Assembly: GCF_006345805.1 (NCBI RefSeq)
Contig: NC_043002.1
Coordinates: forward strand, 50,902,001 to 50,966,000
Direction: 5' to 3'
Source: Octopus sinensis
Lineage: Eukaryota
DNA: 64,000 nt
The notes under the pieces were generated by a model. It saw only the letters and a list, made by a program, of their open reading frames with translations. It was not told the DNA's origin and did not search any database. Both the position numbers and the translations under genes were made by a program. Below are positions 27,120-41,368 of this stretch, one piece after another (within the stretch, counting starts at the first letter, position 1; every line of letters begins with the position of its first letter).

Positions 27120-27170
27120 CATATATATATATACAGAAAGAGAGAAATATATATACATATATATTATATA
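26636..27170. repeat. Long imperfect (TA)n tract
   Basis: Directly visible; similar tracts at 27500-27700 and 29020-29410. Confidence 0.95.
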
Positions 27171-27208
27171 TGCAGAGAGAGTGAGAGAGAGAGAGAGAGT
27201 GAGACAGA

Positions 27209-27254
<46 letters not shown>

Positions 27255-27447
27255 GACAATTAAAGGGACAATTCAAAACGTTTAGTATGCTATAAAGAAT
27301 AAGTGGAAGTGAGATTGCAAAAAAAAAATTAATAATAATAATAAAAGAACGACAGGTAGAAGACGGGGGAAAATCGAGGATGGGAGACAACAGTTGTGGA
27401 TATAAGGTATTGCCTAAATGCAGAAACACGTAAATACATACTTTCAT

Positions 27448-27545
<98 letters not shown>

Positions 27546-27573
27546 GATATATTTATATATATGCATACATATA

Positions 27574-27604
<31 letters not shown>

Positions 27605-27668
27605 CATAGACATATATAAATACATATGTGCATATATATATACATGTATAAATATGTATGTATATATG

Positions 27669-27699
<31 letters not shown>

Positions 27700-28059
27700 A
27701 TGGTTAATAATGATTTCTTATTGACGAGAAACAACGAGCATTAACTGGTGAAAAGTCCCGATATGTGGTTTAGACTCAAAAATTCATTACACACACACTG
27801 ACACACACACACCTACACATATGCAAAAAATATATATAAAAAAATTGGTTATGATTTCGATGTTCCACTGACAAAGCCATATGTGTATACATGTACGTAT
27901 ATCTACGTTTGCATATGTATATACACATGCAGGTGTTGGATATATATTTATATATGTGTCTGTATATATATGTATATATATGCGTACATATTACATTTTT
28001 GTATAGGAATGTATATGTATACATGTATATGTATGTGTGTATATATATATACATATATG

Positions 28060-28107
<48 letters not shown>

Positions 28108-28345
28108 TGTATGTATGTGTATGTGGGTGCTTGTGCGTGTGCGTATATTAAAGGGAGAAAAATATGCAATAATATACATATAGAGATATACAGATAGAAA
28201 GAGAATGCACCAAAGAAAGAGAGAGAGGGTAAAAGAGAGAGAGAGGGAGAGAAAGAGAGGGAGAGAGAGACAGAGAGAGAAAGAAATGAACGAGGGTCAA
28301 AACGAGAAAGACTGAACGAATGAGTGAGAGAAAGAGAGAGAGAAA

Positions 28346-28393
<48 letters not shown>

Positions 28394-29027
28394 GAGGAGG
28401 GAGAAAATGAAAGAGAACGGGCGCGGGGCAAGATGGTGGCGTAAAGAGTAGTTGGGAAAGTTGCCAGGCTATGGTGATATTAGGTAAAAACTTTTAAAGT
28501 GCAGCGGCTTTGATTAATGCATATTAAGGGTGGCTCTTAAATGCTGCAAGTACTTAAAACTTTGCTTAGATTAGCATTAAACTAACATCGTGTATGCATG
28601 ATGACAAATGGATTTTTATATGTTGTATCAAAGGGAAACAGGATTTTCAAGTAGATTTTCTAAATGTACACATTTATACTGTGACATACACACACACACA
28701 CTCTCTCTCTCTCTCTCTCTCTCTCACCTTACTCTCTATTTACTTTTTGAACTCTTCTTCTCCCTACATTCTACGTTCTCTTTTGGTTCTCTTTCTCTTT
28801 CATTCTCCTCTTGCCCTCTCTATATTTCTCCTCCATTCCCTCCCCCTCCCTCTCTCTCTCTCACTTTCCTTCTCCCCCTCTCACTCTACCTGTCTGTGTA
28901 ATACTCTCTGACTGCTGGTCTTTCTCTTTTTCTGTCTTTCTCGATCATATATATATATAAATATTTAAGAGAATTACTACTAGTGCTTATTATGTTTCTA
29001 TGCATTTTAATATGTATGCATCCAAGA

Positions 29028-29098
<71 letters not shown>

Positions 29099-29237
29099 CA
29101 TATACATATATATATATATAATATATATATATACATATATATATGTATATATATACATATATATATAATTATATATACATACATGCATATATATATAAAT
29201 ATGTATATATATATATATACATATGCATATATATATG

Positions 29238-29301
<64 letters not shown>

Positions 29302-29360
29302 TATGTACCTATATACATACATACGCATTTATATGCATATATATACACACACACACACAC

Positions 29361-29403
<43 letters not shown>

Positions 29404-30009
29404 TATATATAGGCATGAATGTACGTACACACACATATATTCGTGTGCAGTTGAATATAGTTATGTATCAATGAATGGTTGCCTATATATTCGTAGGTGT
29501 GGATGAATGCATGTGTTTACGCATGTAGGTACATGCGTAAGTGTGTACGCGCGCGCGCGCGTCTGTAGGTAAAATGGAACGTCAAATGCTGATTGGGAAA
29601 GTAGCCAATCTCATGAAGTCCTATTAAAATTGTATTAACTTCTTACATCGACAAATAACCATACATGTATAAATGATAGAACGGTACATCGTGAGATCGT
29701 GTGACGTTCATGCCTCTCTAAAAAGCATTTACGAATTGTGGGGTATGTATAAATTATATTTATGATTTGATACCGTGTTTATGTTTTGAAATTAGGAGGC
29801 CAGCCAACTGCTGTACATACAGAACCACACACGCACGCACACACACACATAGACATACAGAGACACATGCACACACGCACATAAACACACAAAGAAACAA
29901 ACGTACACACACAAACACAGAGACACACTGAAGCACACACACACACACATGCTTCAATTGCACCACCCTACCTGCATTCTTATACACAAATGAAACTAAA
30001 AAGAGGGAA

Positions 30010-30240
30010 GGGCATTGAATGGCTACGGCGCAAAGTGCCATAGAAAGATCCTTGCTAAGAATATCATTGTGAAAGCATGTCCGAAGTGAGACACTTCGTG
30101 AACTGAGCAGAGTGAACGATGTGATTGGAGAATACCGAATGCTGGACATATTACAAGGTTCACTGACAACAGGTGGACCCAGAAAAAATCCACTCGGAAG
30201 GCCCTCACGACGTGGTAAAACGATTTAGTTAAACGAATTC
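30010..30240 (+). mobile_element. RTE-type LINE C-terminal fragment
   Basis: AGHITRFTDNRWTQK...GRPSR-like translation. Confidence 0.6.
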
Positions 30241-30761
30241 GGCTTAAAATATGGGTGGTGCGGCAACAGCTCCCAGCCAAGCCACCAACTTCTGCAAAAT
30301 ATGTGCGCGGTCTGGCATTATTATGATGAAAGACACTGCCCTTAGAATTAGTAAGGGCCGGACGCTTCTGATGAATCCATGCGTTAAATATGTCCCGATG
30401 GTCACAGTACAGTACACATCTGAATTGATGGTGCTGTCCATGGGAAGAAGCTTGTAAGAGACAACATTTTTTCAAACCCACAAAATTGAAAGCATAACCT
30501 CTTTCGGGTGAAGTCCTGCATTGGCGAATGTTTGTGATGGTTCGCCGCGCTTCCTGCACGATCATTTGCGCTTCACATTGTTGTAGATGATCTAGTTTTC
30601 GTTCCCAGTCACCCTATCTAAAAAGCAGTGGTCTCCTTCACATTTCTGCAACGAATTGCTGATAGAAACTCGTTGAACGAGATTAGCCTCATGCAGTTGA
30701 TGTGAGACACAAACATCGATCCTGCTGACGTAAGCGTGCTGTCTCATCACTCGATTTGAAT
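30240..30761 (-). mobile_element. Decayed mariner transposase fragment
   Basis: VSRIDVCVSHQL.EANLVQRVSI, FLDRV.GNE, TINSDVYC and KRPAL..SKGSVFHHNNARP motifs. Confidence 0.85.
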
Positions 30762-31395
30762 AATTATTAATCGACACATTATGAATTATCTTATAACAGC
30801 AATGCCTGGAAAAATCATGGATTACATGGAAAAATGCGAGCATGAAAAGTAATATTCTTAAGATTATAAACCTGGAAACGTACAGGACAAGTTATTCCAC
30901 CTGTAAAAGTATGGGACAAGCTATTACTTCTATTAAAGTGAAGAATAAGAAACGTTTTACTTAAAATATTGCAGCAAAGAATGCCAGTTCTTCTAATTTA
31001 TCACTCTTTACAGTTCTCATCTTTTAAATTTATTGAACAAAACTGTTCAGTTAATTTGTAAGTTTGTCTAATTAGTCACTTTTTTCTGTATTTAAGGTAG
31101 TAAATTAACCAAATTCTACTTAAATATGTATAGTGTTATTTGTAAATTATAATAAAATACTTTTGATATTCAAATTTTAATTTTAGCTGCAATATTTTAA
31201 GTAAAATGTTTCTTATTCTTTACTTTACTTGAATAGATTGTGCTATACTTTTACAGGTGTAATAACTTGTCCTGTACTTTTCCAGGTTTATAATGTTAAG
31301 AATATTACTTTTCATGCTCGTATTTTCCCATGCAATCCATGATTTTCCCAGACATTGCTGTTATAAGATAATTAATAATGTGTCAATTAATAATT
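30762..31395. mobile_element. Foldback/long-TIR MITE
   Basis: ~215-bp inverted repeats (30762-~30980 and ~31180-31395) around an AT-rich core; abuts the mariner remnant. Confidence 0.8.
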
Positions 31396-31799
31396 TAGGA
31401 TTTTACCTTATAAAATACTGGGTAGGGGATACATTGGCTGCTATTTTAGCGTGTCGAGCGACTAGGTAGAGGCTCTTTCATTGGTTTGATTGCGTGATGA
31501 GATTTTGTTTTTACACATATATGTATAATATGCATATATATCATCGGTAGAAGTTAGAGAATAAGTCAAAACCTGAGAGTTTCGTGTATCAAACACGAAT
31601 TTGTCCATTGTCACTCTGTAACTGGTAACGAAATAACTTCTAAAATACAAAATTTTGGGAAAAACGTTAAGAGTAAACCCTGTTCTATGTGACACATTGT
31701 ACATATATCGGAAGTTTCAAAGTGTTTAGTTAGAAAAAATAATTAACTAATCTGTGCGTCAAATTGAATAGATCCGAAATGGATAAAAAGCAAAGTTGA

Positions 31800-31890
31800 A
31801 GTCGGCGGTACTTGAACTCAAAACATAAAAATAGGCGAAATATCGTTAAGCATTTCGCCCGTCGGGCTAACGTTTCCACCAGCTCGCCGT
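31800..31890 (-). mobile_element. SINE family C head fragment
   Basis: ttgaactcaaaac...aagcatttcgcccgtcgggctaacgtttccaccagctcgccg. Confidence 0.7.
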
Positions 31891-32293
31891 TTTATAATTT
31901 TTTTTTAGTACAATATTCTTTAATTAATATTCTTATTGATAAGCGTTACTCCCTTACACTCTTACTTACACGAAATTTCGTGCTATGTCACTCCATAACT
32001 TTTTTAATACTAATTTTTGTTCAATGCGACTAACGACTGTGAATTCATCATACACTTTTCTATTATTTAAGCCTAAGAAAAGTATACCTTTATTTTAAAA
32101 TTCAAAAGTTTATGTTAATTTAAGGTGAATAGGGACCTTACTGCGCCCCTTGAGGTGGAAGATATTTTGATGTAACTTTTTTTCTACTGAACTAAATCTC
32201 AAACTATTTCTGCCAGAGTGTTGCTTTGGAAGCTATTGCGATTGACGAAATGGTGGACTTAAGAATATATTCAAACACTGCCGTGGTTGAATG

Positions 32294-32364
<71 letters not shown>

Positions 32365-32366
<2 letters not shown>

Positions 32367-32860
32367 CCAGTAATAAAGCAGAAAAAGCATTCTAAACGCT
32401 CTGACATCAAAAGACTTGAATTTACTCACCATGTTCCACAGACTATTGATTACAGTCCCAGAAAATCCATGAGGTCAAATGCAAAAGATCTCCATCTGTC
32501 AGAAGGAACAGTCAGAAATATTGTCCACGAAGGCATCCGATATGTCTTGTATGATAAGCAAAGGTCAATTTGTCAGAAAAAGCAAAAGAAAAAATCACTA
32601 CATCAGATCTAAAAGGCTCTTAAACAAACTGAAAATCCTGCAGAAGATTTTATTTGGTATTTCTCAAACGAGAAAAACTTCGACCAAGATCAAAAAGTTA
32701 ACAGACATATAGGTATGTGCAGACCCTTCTGAAGTTTCAAGTGTTATGCATACAAAATTTTCTGCAACTGTCATAGTTTTAGGGGTTGTCAGCAATGAAG
32801 GACATATGATACCTCCTTACTTCTTTCCACAAACCCTTAGAGTTAACTCTGCTGCCGAGG
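32365..32860 (+). mobile_element. maT/DD37D-like (Bmmar1-type) transposase fragment
   Basis: SPRKSMRS..KDLHLSEGTVRNIVHE, RSKRLLNKLK, FSNEKNFDQDQKVN, MHTKFSATVIVLGVVSNEG.MIPPYFF with frameshifts. Confidence 0.78.
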
Positions 32861-32919
32861 TTTGATTTGGTTTTTCTGAAACGAGAAAAACTTCGACCAC
32901 AAACAAAAATGTCACATTG

Positions 32920-33607
32920 GGAGGTATTACCTTGTTAACATTTTTGGACAGCTAATCACGTGCTGTCTCCTACAGAAATATGGCAATCTACATTTACGAT
33001 TGCATTTTGGAATTCCATAGACTTCACTGTCTCTTTTGTTGATTAGGTATTTAGTAGCAATGTCCTGTTTTTGCATTGCAAATACATAACCTTCGCTGTG
33101 CGATGTGATGTAGCTGTCAGGAATCCAAGAAAGGCTTCTCTTCACTTCAATATTACCATTTTCTTCAAGTCTACGAGCAACATACCCATGTATGGTCTTT
33201 TTGTGGTATACTGAGCGTGTCACCTTCAGGTTTTCTATAAGGTATGCTAGTTCAGCTGATTTTGGGTTGTATGGGAAGTAATCTGGAAAAGAATACTTCC
33301 TGAGGAGCTCACTTCGAACACGTAGGATATTGTTTCTTCAATTTTCAGTACTAAATGTATTTATTTTTGCTGCTGTTGTTTAGAAAGTGCTGTCTGCAAG
33401 AGACTATGGAATATTCCAAGGATGTCTGCACTGATCTCAAGCCCTTACAGAGCCTGTCGATATCACTGTTTTTTTGGAAATTTCCAGTTGATGTTAGAAT
33501 ATTGAGGGCTTTAACGTCTATGGAGTGGATTTCTTCTACAGACCAGTCAAGTATCCCAAATGTTAGAATCAGCACTGGTACTGCAAATGAATTGTGGGAT
33601 ATTGTTT
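32920..33607 (-). mobile_element. R4-like LINE family 2 fragment
   Basis: LDWSVEEIHSIDVKALNILTSTGNFQKNSDIDRL, HGYVARRLE, ITSHSEGYVFAMQKQDIATKY and KCRL motifs; 5' truncation point abuts (TATG)n at 33608. Confidence 0.8.
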
Positions 33608-33639
33608 GTATGTATGTATGTATGTATTATGTATGTACA

Positions 33640-33780
33640 ACGTGTTACCACACAGTTTTTGTCTACCAAATTCACTCCTCCCGGATATACAGGAGCAGTC
33701 ACTTGCCAAAGATACTGAACAGCAAATGAAACTGAAGCCACATGGTTGCCAAGCGAAATTCTTAACTAAACGGTTTTACC
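33640..33780 (-). mobile_element. Degraded SINE family A head
   Basis: gtctaccaaattcactc...cacttgccaaag...ccacatggttgccaagcga. Confidence 0.55.
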
Positions 33781-33844
33781 AGTGATTGTGTACATACTTT
33801 CACAGATACACACACCAACACACGTGTACAAATCACACACACAC

Positions 33845-33922
<78 letters not shown>

Positions 33923-35399
33923 TATCTGTATATGTGTGTGTGTATACATAGAAATATATTTATATACATATATATGTGTATATATATGGAGATATATGTA
34001 CATATATATATGACTATATGTGTGTGTGCATCATGTGTGTGCATGTGTGTGTGTGTATGTAAATGTGTATGTGTCTGTGTGTAGACCTTAATATACTCCT
34101 ATGATACAGAATTGAACTGGAAATAATAATGAAAGTTAGCTAAAGCTCATATTTCAACGGAACAAAATAAATAAAAAGAAATTCAATAAACTCACTTTTA
34201 TTAATATAGATTGCAGCTCAAAGGTGACATATAATAAAATCATATTTCTTGTACTAACAGTAAATAGTTCACTCTTTCCTGCAATCGTCCGAGATATAGA
34301 TGATGCCCTCTGATGTTTCATTTAATATCCAGATTGTTCTTGCATACGCTGATTTTAGTCTTTGACACTTGGATCTTAGATTCCTTAGGGGTTTGCCGAG
34401 CGAAATATATTCTGTATATATTTCATTCAAAACTGTGCGGGATTCGATAATCCAATCGTTATAAGTGATGATAAAACATTCACTTAAACAGATACACCTA
34501 TGTAATTGTTTCTTATGTGAGTTCGTGCATGTAGTATTACGTGTGATATGGGCAGCGTGGCGTATGCTATGTCAAGCAAAAACCCTTAAACATCTGATGT
34601 AGAAAATATCAAAACAACGATGGTTAAGCGCAACATTTCTGTTTCTATGTGCATATTATAGGTTTCACGACCGTAGAGGATTAGCGGGAAACCCGATTTC
34701 GAGTATAGCCTAACAGCGAAATTTTGTCTAATGCTTGATCTCTTGGTATAGGAAGTTCGTTTGTGTTTGAAGTTAATTCCTAGTATTTCAGTTGCAGATA
34801 TAGATAAAGAACTATATAATAGGGATGAGAAATGGCTGAATAAATTCCATAATGATGTCTTCTCAGAATCATGTACAATATCTTAAATATCTCGAATCAC
34901 CAATATGGAAATACTCAAGAGGATAAGATAAAAGAAATTGATAATAATATTGTGTGTGAATGTTATGATGACTGGTTCATCTATAGAGAGTGAACATTGG
35001 AAAGGTACCGAATAAGGTGCTGGAGTCGTAATCTTACAATTCTAAATGAGCAGTGAGTTGGAGTAAACTGATAAAGCAAATCTATAAAAAAGGGACTTGA
35101 ACGCGACAAAAACATGAGGATGACAAAAGAAATGTCAGTCAAGAGGCAGACGTGGCGAGTGTGATTGGATTGACATCAGCGCAGCATACGATGGTCTATG
35201 GTCTGGTCTAAGGTTTAAAACTAAGATTTACGATGCAAGTCACAAGAAACAGTCTATTTTTTCTAAACCCACACCATTTTTAATATGTTGCATTTATTAA
35301 TATTTGCTGCAAGACTGTGTTTTTTTTTTGTTTTTATATCTGATTTATTTTTTAGTATGCAATCCTTGAAACGCTTTTATTAATGTTTAGATTGCTTCC

Positions 35400-35960
35400 A
35401 TCTGGTGCTATATTCGTAACTATTGCAATATCATTAGATGGACTCTGATTCTGATATTAACAACCTGCCGTTCAGAAGTCATATTGAAGTTCATTCGTGT
35501 AATGAACAGCCAGGGAGACAATATTTCCCCTTGGAGTACATCTGTAACAATCGGTAATTTCCGCTCATTCCATCTATCATCTAGTGTCTTCATATACTTC
35601 CCATTGCAGTTGAAATACGTCATGAATACCACTGGATTCGCAATCACAAAACTGCATTTAATTTTGTCCAGTACAAGTTTGAAAGTTAAGAAGTTTGCTC
35701 TGTAACTATGTACTTTTGGGTTCGATTCTACTGTCTTAGATTTTGGTCATGTATCTTCTAATCTTCAAAAGTCTTATGAATAAAGTTTGAAGGAGAGAAA
35801 CTATGTGAAAATCCGCCGGAGTAATCGTTTCTATTTATCGCAGAGAGATAAGCCATCATCAGATTTTAACATCTCGGATCCTTTTATGTCTTTGGCTAAA
35901 TGATACCAGTCTGTTGCAGACTTTCAGACCAGTTCTCTAGCTTGAAAAGGACTATGGGCA
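35400..35960 (-). mobile_element. Old RTE-type reverse transcriptase remnant
   Basis: VTDVLQGEILSPWLFI (GVxQGDxLSP-like) and a KGDPRDVK-like segment. Confidence 0.55.
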
Positions 35961-37040
35961 CTACCTTTTCTCTTCTGACTAAACCTGTAAAAGAAACATG
36001 AAATAAATATTTCCTGCAATAGATGTCAGACGAAAGCATGTTGGTGTGAGCAGTTTGTTTCTCTTTCTTTCATAGACATCAGACTTTACACACAACTTTC
36101 TTTGAGTGTGCTCTAAATCATGCATAACTTTTAAGATATTTAATTATCTTTTATCATAGCTAATGAATGACTGCGTCTTTTGTTATAGGTTTAAAGTGGG
36201 GCAGTTACTGGTTTGCTGTAGATATGAAACAGAAATTAATAAAACAATGTCTATAAATCGGCGAAAGAAAAATCCTTTAGGAATTCATTCGTTAGATTAC
36301 GACTTCTCAGTTTTCTTGTCTATGTTTATATTTTTCGTCAAAATACATTGGTGTATTGGTGTAAGATATATACAAATAAGGTGAGCATCCATGAAGTTTC
36401 TGTGAACTAAATTCCACTCTCAATTGGCCAAATCGAAGTTGTCGATTGAAGAGCTAAAGTCGCATTTCCTAAAAACGGAAAAAAGTGGAGTAATTCAAGA
36501 AAGGTCTTAATAAAATGTAGGCGATTGATCTGCAGTTAATCAGTCACTGCATTAGAAAAATAAATCAATCAAGCATGGAAAAAAATAGTAATACAAAATA
36601 TGGCGTTGTAGTTCAGCTACCGGAAGTCGTACCAGTTCCGGAGCAATAAGCTGCAAAACTCTCGTAGAAAAAGGAAGCGAGAAATAACGATTTGTTAAAA
36701 GAGTGAAAAATTACGCAATGTAGAAATTAAGATGTAGTTGCAGCGCCGAGATCGAAACCTCTCACAGTAAATAAATGAATTATATCACTTGATATAATAT
36801 GAAGATGCTAAAAACAAACTAAACACAAGAATGAATACAAAGAAGAAAAAAAAGTGTAGAGGGAAATATAAGCTTCAAGTAGAATGCTAATAGGGACGAA
36901 CAGTCACGCCATCTAGTGAGTATTTATCGCAATTACATGCCGAGCTGTCATAAACGATGATGGGATTTATTGATCTAGAAGTGTGTTGGACTGGGTAGGC
37001 TGGTGGGTGATTTGATTGGATGGTTAGCTGGGTATTTGAA

Positions 37041-37088
<48 letters not shown>

Positions 37089-37164
37089 AGAGTGGGTGGG
37101 TGGGTTAAGCGATAGCTGGTGCAGTTTGTGCTAAGTTTGGGTTCGTTACTCCAGACAGAAAGAC

Positions 37165-37194
37165 AGGTAGATAGATAGATAGATAGATAGATAG

Positions 37195-37258
<64 letters not shown>

Positions 37259-37294
37259 ATAGATACATAGATAAATAGATAGATACATAGATAA

Positions 37295-37375
<81 letters not shown>
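37165..37375. repeat. (GATA)n microsatellite
   Basis: Directly visible; others at 39455-39620, 54880-55050 and 59200-59340. Confidence 0.95.
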
Positions 37376-38058
37376 CAGAGTGAGAGAGGTGGGAGGAGAA
37401 AGAGAAAGAGAGACAGATAGGGGGAAGTCAGAATACCTAAAAGGACTCTGAAAATGAGGAAGAAGAAAGTGGAGAAAAAGGAGAAGAGAGGAGATAAAGG
37501 TATTGGGGAAAGAAAGGAGAATAAGGATGGGGATGAGGATGTGGAGAGGAGTGTTGAAAGTCAGTTGATTAAGGATTAGCAGGCGAGAATGTATTAAAAA
37601 ATAAAAAATGTAAAGAGGATGAAAAGCAGAAAGGACAGGAATGTAAGCAGAGTTGTGGCGTTATTGGTGACGGTGGCGTCGGTAGAGGCGATGACATGAT
37701 GGTGACGGGGTAGTGGAAGTGATCGTCGTCGTGATGGTGGTGTTGTCTATGATAGAAGAACGCAGAGAGATTAATAATTGTAAATACAAGAAATTATATG
37801 CGGAGAATCAAATAAATGTCAATGTTACCGGTTTTCATTATGAAAATATAAAAGGATTTCAGGAGAGAAAAATGGACGAAATAGAAAATAGTAAAAGAGA
37901 AAGAGAGAATGTGTATAAAGAGAAAACTTTAATAATACCTACAACATGTTCACTATACTGGTCCACCGCTCCTCAGGGTATAGTTCAGTAGGGATGGATC
38001 TGTAACGAAATCTACCACAGCTTGGATATTTCCTTTTAAAAATTCTTTATTCACATTC

Positions 38059-38235
38059 ATAGGTGCAGGTGTGGCAAGAAGGCGTGGCTGTGTGGAAAAA
38101 AGATGGCTTCCCAACCACATGGTCCTGGGTTTAATTCCATTGCGTGGCACATTAGGTAAGCGTCTTCTACTAAAACCTCCGGCAGACCAAAGCCGTGTGA
38201 GTGGATTTGGTAGACGAAAACTGAAAAGAAGGTAA
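38059..38235 (+). mobile_element. SINE family A 5' half
   Basis: ataggtgcagg...gtggctgtgtgg...ccacatggtcctgggtttaattcc...gtagacgaaaactga. Confidence 0.8.
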
Positions 38236-38284
38236 AAAAACAGTCTGTGTGTATATATATATATATATATATATTTTGGATCGG

Positions 38285-38606
38285 AGACCCCTTCGGTCAC
38301 AAATGACCATGGGATTGCACTTAGAAAGTTACCCTCCGAAGCACAAGTCCGGGCAAGGTTGTCTATGGAAGGCCAGCAGTCGCCCATGCATACTAGCCGC
38401 CCTTCTCCACGCCACCGATGTTATCCAAGGGAAAGGCAAAGGCCAATACAGCTTGACACCAGTGACGTCGCAACTCATTTCTACAGCTGAGTGAACTGGA
38501 GCAACGTGAAATAAAGTGTCACAACACACAGCCCGGTCCGGGATTCGAACTCACAACCTCACGATCATAAGCTCGACGCTCTAACTACTGAGCCATGCGC
38601 CTTCAC
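38285..38606 (-). mobile_element. SINE family B (tRNA head plus CORE-like domain)
   Basis: Minus strand begins gtgaaggcgcatggctcagtagttagagc (A box), gagttcgaatcc (B box), then cactttatttcacgttgctccagttcactcagctgtagaaatgag. Confidence 0.85.
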
Positions 38607-38725
38607 CTACGCACACACACACACACGCCGCTGCTCAGAATATTGTTCGGTAAGGATAAATTTGTGGCGAAATCTATCATACCTTGGAGCTTTTCCTTTT
38701 CTTTTTAAGTCTTTATACACATTCG

Positions 38726-39128
38726 TAGGCGCAGCAGTGGCTGTGTGGTAAGAAGCTTCCCAGCCTCATGGTTGTGGGTTTAGTCCCACTGCATGGCAAT
38801 ATGGGTAAGCGTCCTCTACTATTTCATCGAGCCGAACAAAGCCTTTTGCAAGTAGATTTGGTAGACGGAAACTGAAAAGAAAATAGAAAAAACTTGGCAC
38901 ACATGTGTGTATGTATGTGTGTGTGAGTATATGTGTGCATGCATGCGTGCGTGTGCATGTGTGTCTGTCTGTCTTTGTCTTTCTCCCCACCATTGCTTGA
39001 CAACCGCTGTTGGTTTGTGCACGTCTCTGTAACTTAGCGATTCGGTTGAAGTGAGTGATAGAATAAGTACCAGGCTTAAAACGATATTGGGTTCGATTCG
39101 TGCGACTAAAAACTCTTCAAGGCGGTAC
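38726..39128 (+). mobile_element. SINE family A
   Basis: taggcgcagcagtggctgtgtggtaag head, internal (GT)n, near-complete tail. Confidence 0.85.
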
Positions 39129-39457
39129 CTTGATCAAAAATACCACATAAAAACGCACATAAAACACAAAGAATATTGACTGGAATTTATCGTCGAGCAT
39201 CATTGCTCCATGCAATACGCCACATCACTATTTCATACAAGATCACACTCTACAACATTGCGCCACAGTGTTCAACTGATCTGTTCTTATTTTATTGACC
39301 TCGAAAGAATAAAAAGCAAATTCGATTTCGATTGACAGATTGATAGCTAGCTAGATAGATAGAGAGAGACACACACACACGCAAAAGAGAGGGAGAGAAG
39401 GGGGAGAAAGACAGGGACTGAGAGAGCAAGGGAGACAGACAGATATAGACAGACGTG

Positions 39458-39504
<47 letters not shown>

Positions 39505-39519
39505 GTAGGTAGATAGTTT

Positions 39520-39557
<38 letters not shown>

Positions 39558-39561
39558 TAGC

Positions 39562-39621
<60 letters not shown>

Positions 39622-39880
39622 GTCAGACAGAAGATTGATATCAACTTACAAACATACCAGCTAAAATAAATGGCTTACATTCGATCCCATCTCAAACGAA
39701 TGTTCGATTAATTCCGTCCATACGTGTTTTGGTTGAGTTTTGATAACTTCTGATATCTTCTAATCAAATTGTATAAACGTATCAATGTTTTTATGGAGAT
39801 ATTGGATTCACGTCGAATCAAAATGCAGATAATATTATTTTATAGAATATGTTTTATATAATATAATGTTTAATTGCGTG

Positions 39881-40080
39881 CTAGCGAGCTAGTAGAACGT
39901 TAGCACGCCGGTTAAAATGCTAAGCAGCCTTTCGTCCGCCTTCACGTTCTAAGTTCAAATATCACCAAGTTCGACTTTGTCCTTCATTCTTTCGGGGTCG
40001 ATAAAATATGTCCAAGCTGAACACTGGAGTTGATGTGATCGATCTATCCCTCCTCCAAAATGTTAGGCTTTGTGTCAAAA
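39881..40080 (+). mobile_element. SINE family C
   Basis: gcgagctagtagaacgttagcacgcc...aagttcaaat...ttcggggtcgataaa. Confidence 0.75.
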
Positions 40081-40186
40081 AAATATTACTAGTTTACATC
40101 CCTGCCATTCTATGATATAACCTTTAAGTATTTTAGTCTATCATATTGATTCCATTGCATAATTCAAACTTGCTATTATGTTTTCT

Positions 40187-40496
40187 GTGAAGGCGCGTGA
40201 CTTAGTGGTTAGGGCATTCGTCTCACGATCACAAGGTTGTGAGTTCAATTCCCTGCGATGCGTTGTGTCCTTGAGTATGACACGTTATTTTACGTTGCTC
40301 CAGTCAACTCAGCTGGCAAAAATGAGTTGTATCTCTATTTCAAAGGCTCAGCCTTTTCACACTCTGTGACGCCGTATCTCCTTGAGAACTACGTTAAGGG
40401 TACACGTGTCTTTGGAGTACACGTTAATTTCACGAGTAGGCTGTTCCGTTAATCGGATCAACTGGAACCCTCATTGTCATAACCGACGGAGTGCCA
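40187..40496 (+). mobile_element. SINE family B
   Basis: gtgaaggcgcgtgacttagtggttag A box, gagttcaattcc B box, CORE-like gtgtccttgag...ctccagtcaactcagctgg. Confidence 0.82.
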
Positions 40497-40514
40497 GTCG
40501 TTATTCTATCGAAT

Positions 40515-41012
40515 GCGACAAGCTGCCATCGGACAAAATGCATAGCAATATTTCTTTCGAATGTCATGTTCTCAGTTCAAATTCCGTCGAGGTCAGCTTT
40601 GCCTTTAATCATTCCGGTGTCGATAAAATAGAACGTAAACCCGAAAGAAATACCGCTAAGCATTTTCTTCGGTGCGGTAATAATTCTGCCATCTCACCGG
40701 CTTAAATGTCAACTCGTCCTCTTAAATACCACTTTGCCGTCTTCCTCCGACTTTGATATCATTAATTCTTTCTAATTAAGATTTGAGGGGAGGGGACACG
40801 TTTCTAATTTCTGATTCACAAGGGCAACCGTTGTGGGGGTAGGGGTTTGTAGATAACATTGACACCAGTACTTGGAAGGTGCTTTATTTTAATGCCCTGA
40901 CAGGATGAAAAACAAAGTTAACCGAAGAAGTATTTGAGCTCAAAAGGTCCAGGGCCGAAAGAAATACCACAAGGAGTCTGTATCCGAAACTCTAGTAATT
41001 CTGCCAAGCTAT
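40515..41012. mobile_element. SINE family C fragments (+ then -, and a further - copy at ~40830-41012)
   Basis: Recognisable degenerate family C segments in both orientations. Confidence 0.6.
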
Positions 41013-41368
41013 CACGCCAATCAATATTATTAACACTTTCTAGGGACTAGGTTAATCGACACCATAATTGACATGTCCCCTTCCCTAACATCTGCTGCCC
41101 TTGATCCCTACAACGGAGCGGCATGCCACAGTAGCAACTATAACAGAACAACAATGGTCAACTGGTTTCTTTTCGGTTGTTTTGAAATCCAGTAATTTAG
41201 AGGAAGGATGTAAATGTAGTACTGTGATATTCATATCGACCGATGGCGGGAATTGAGCTCTCCCTTCTTTAAAACAAATATTGGTTTCGTCTAAATAGAA
41301 GGTTGAATATTTTTAGAAAAGCAATATAATATTGTGAAGTTTGTGCTTTTCATTCTTTTTTTTCATCT

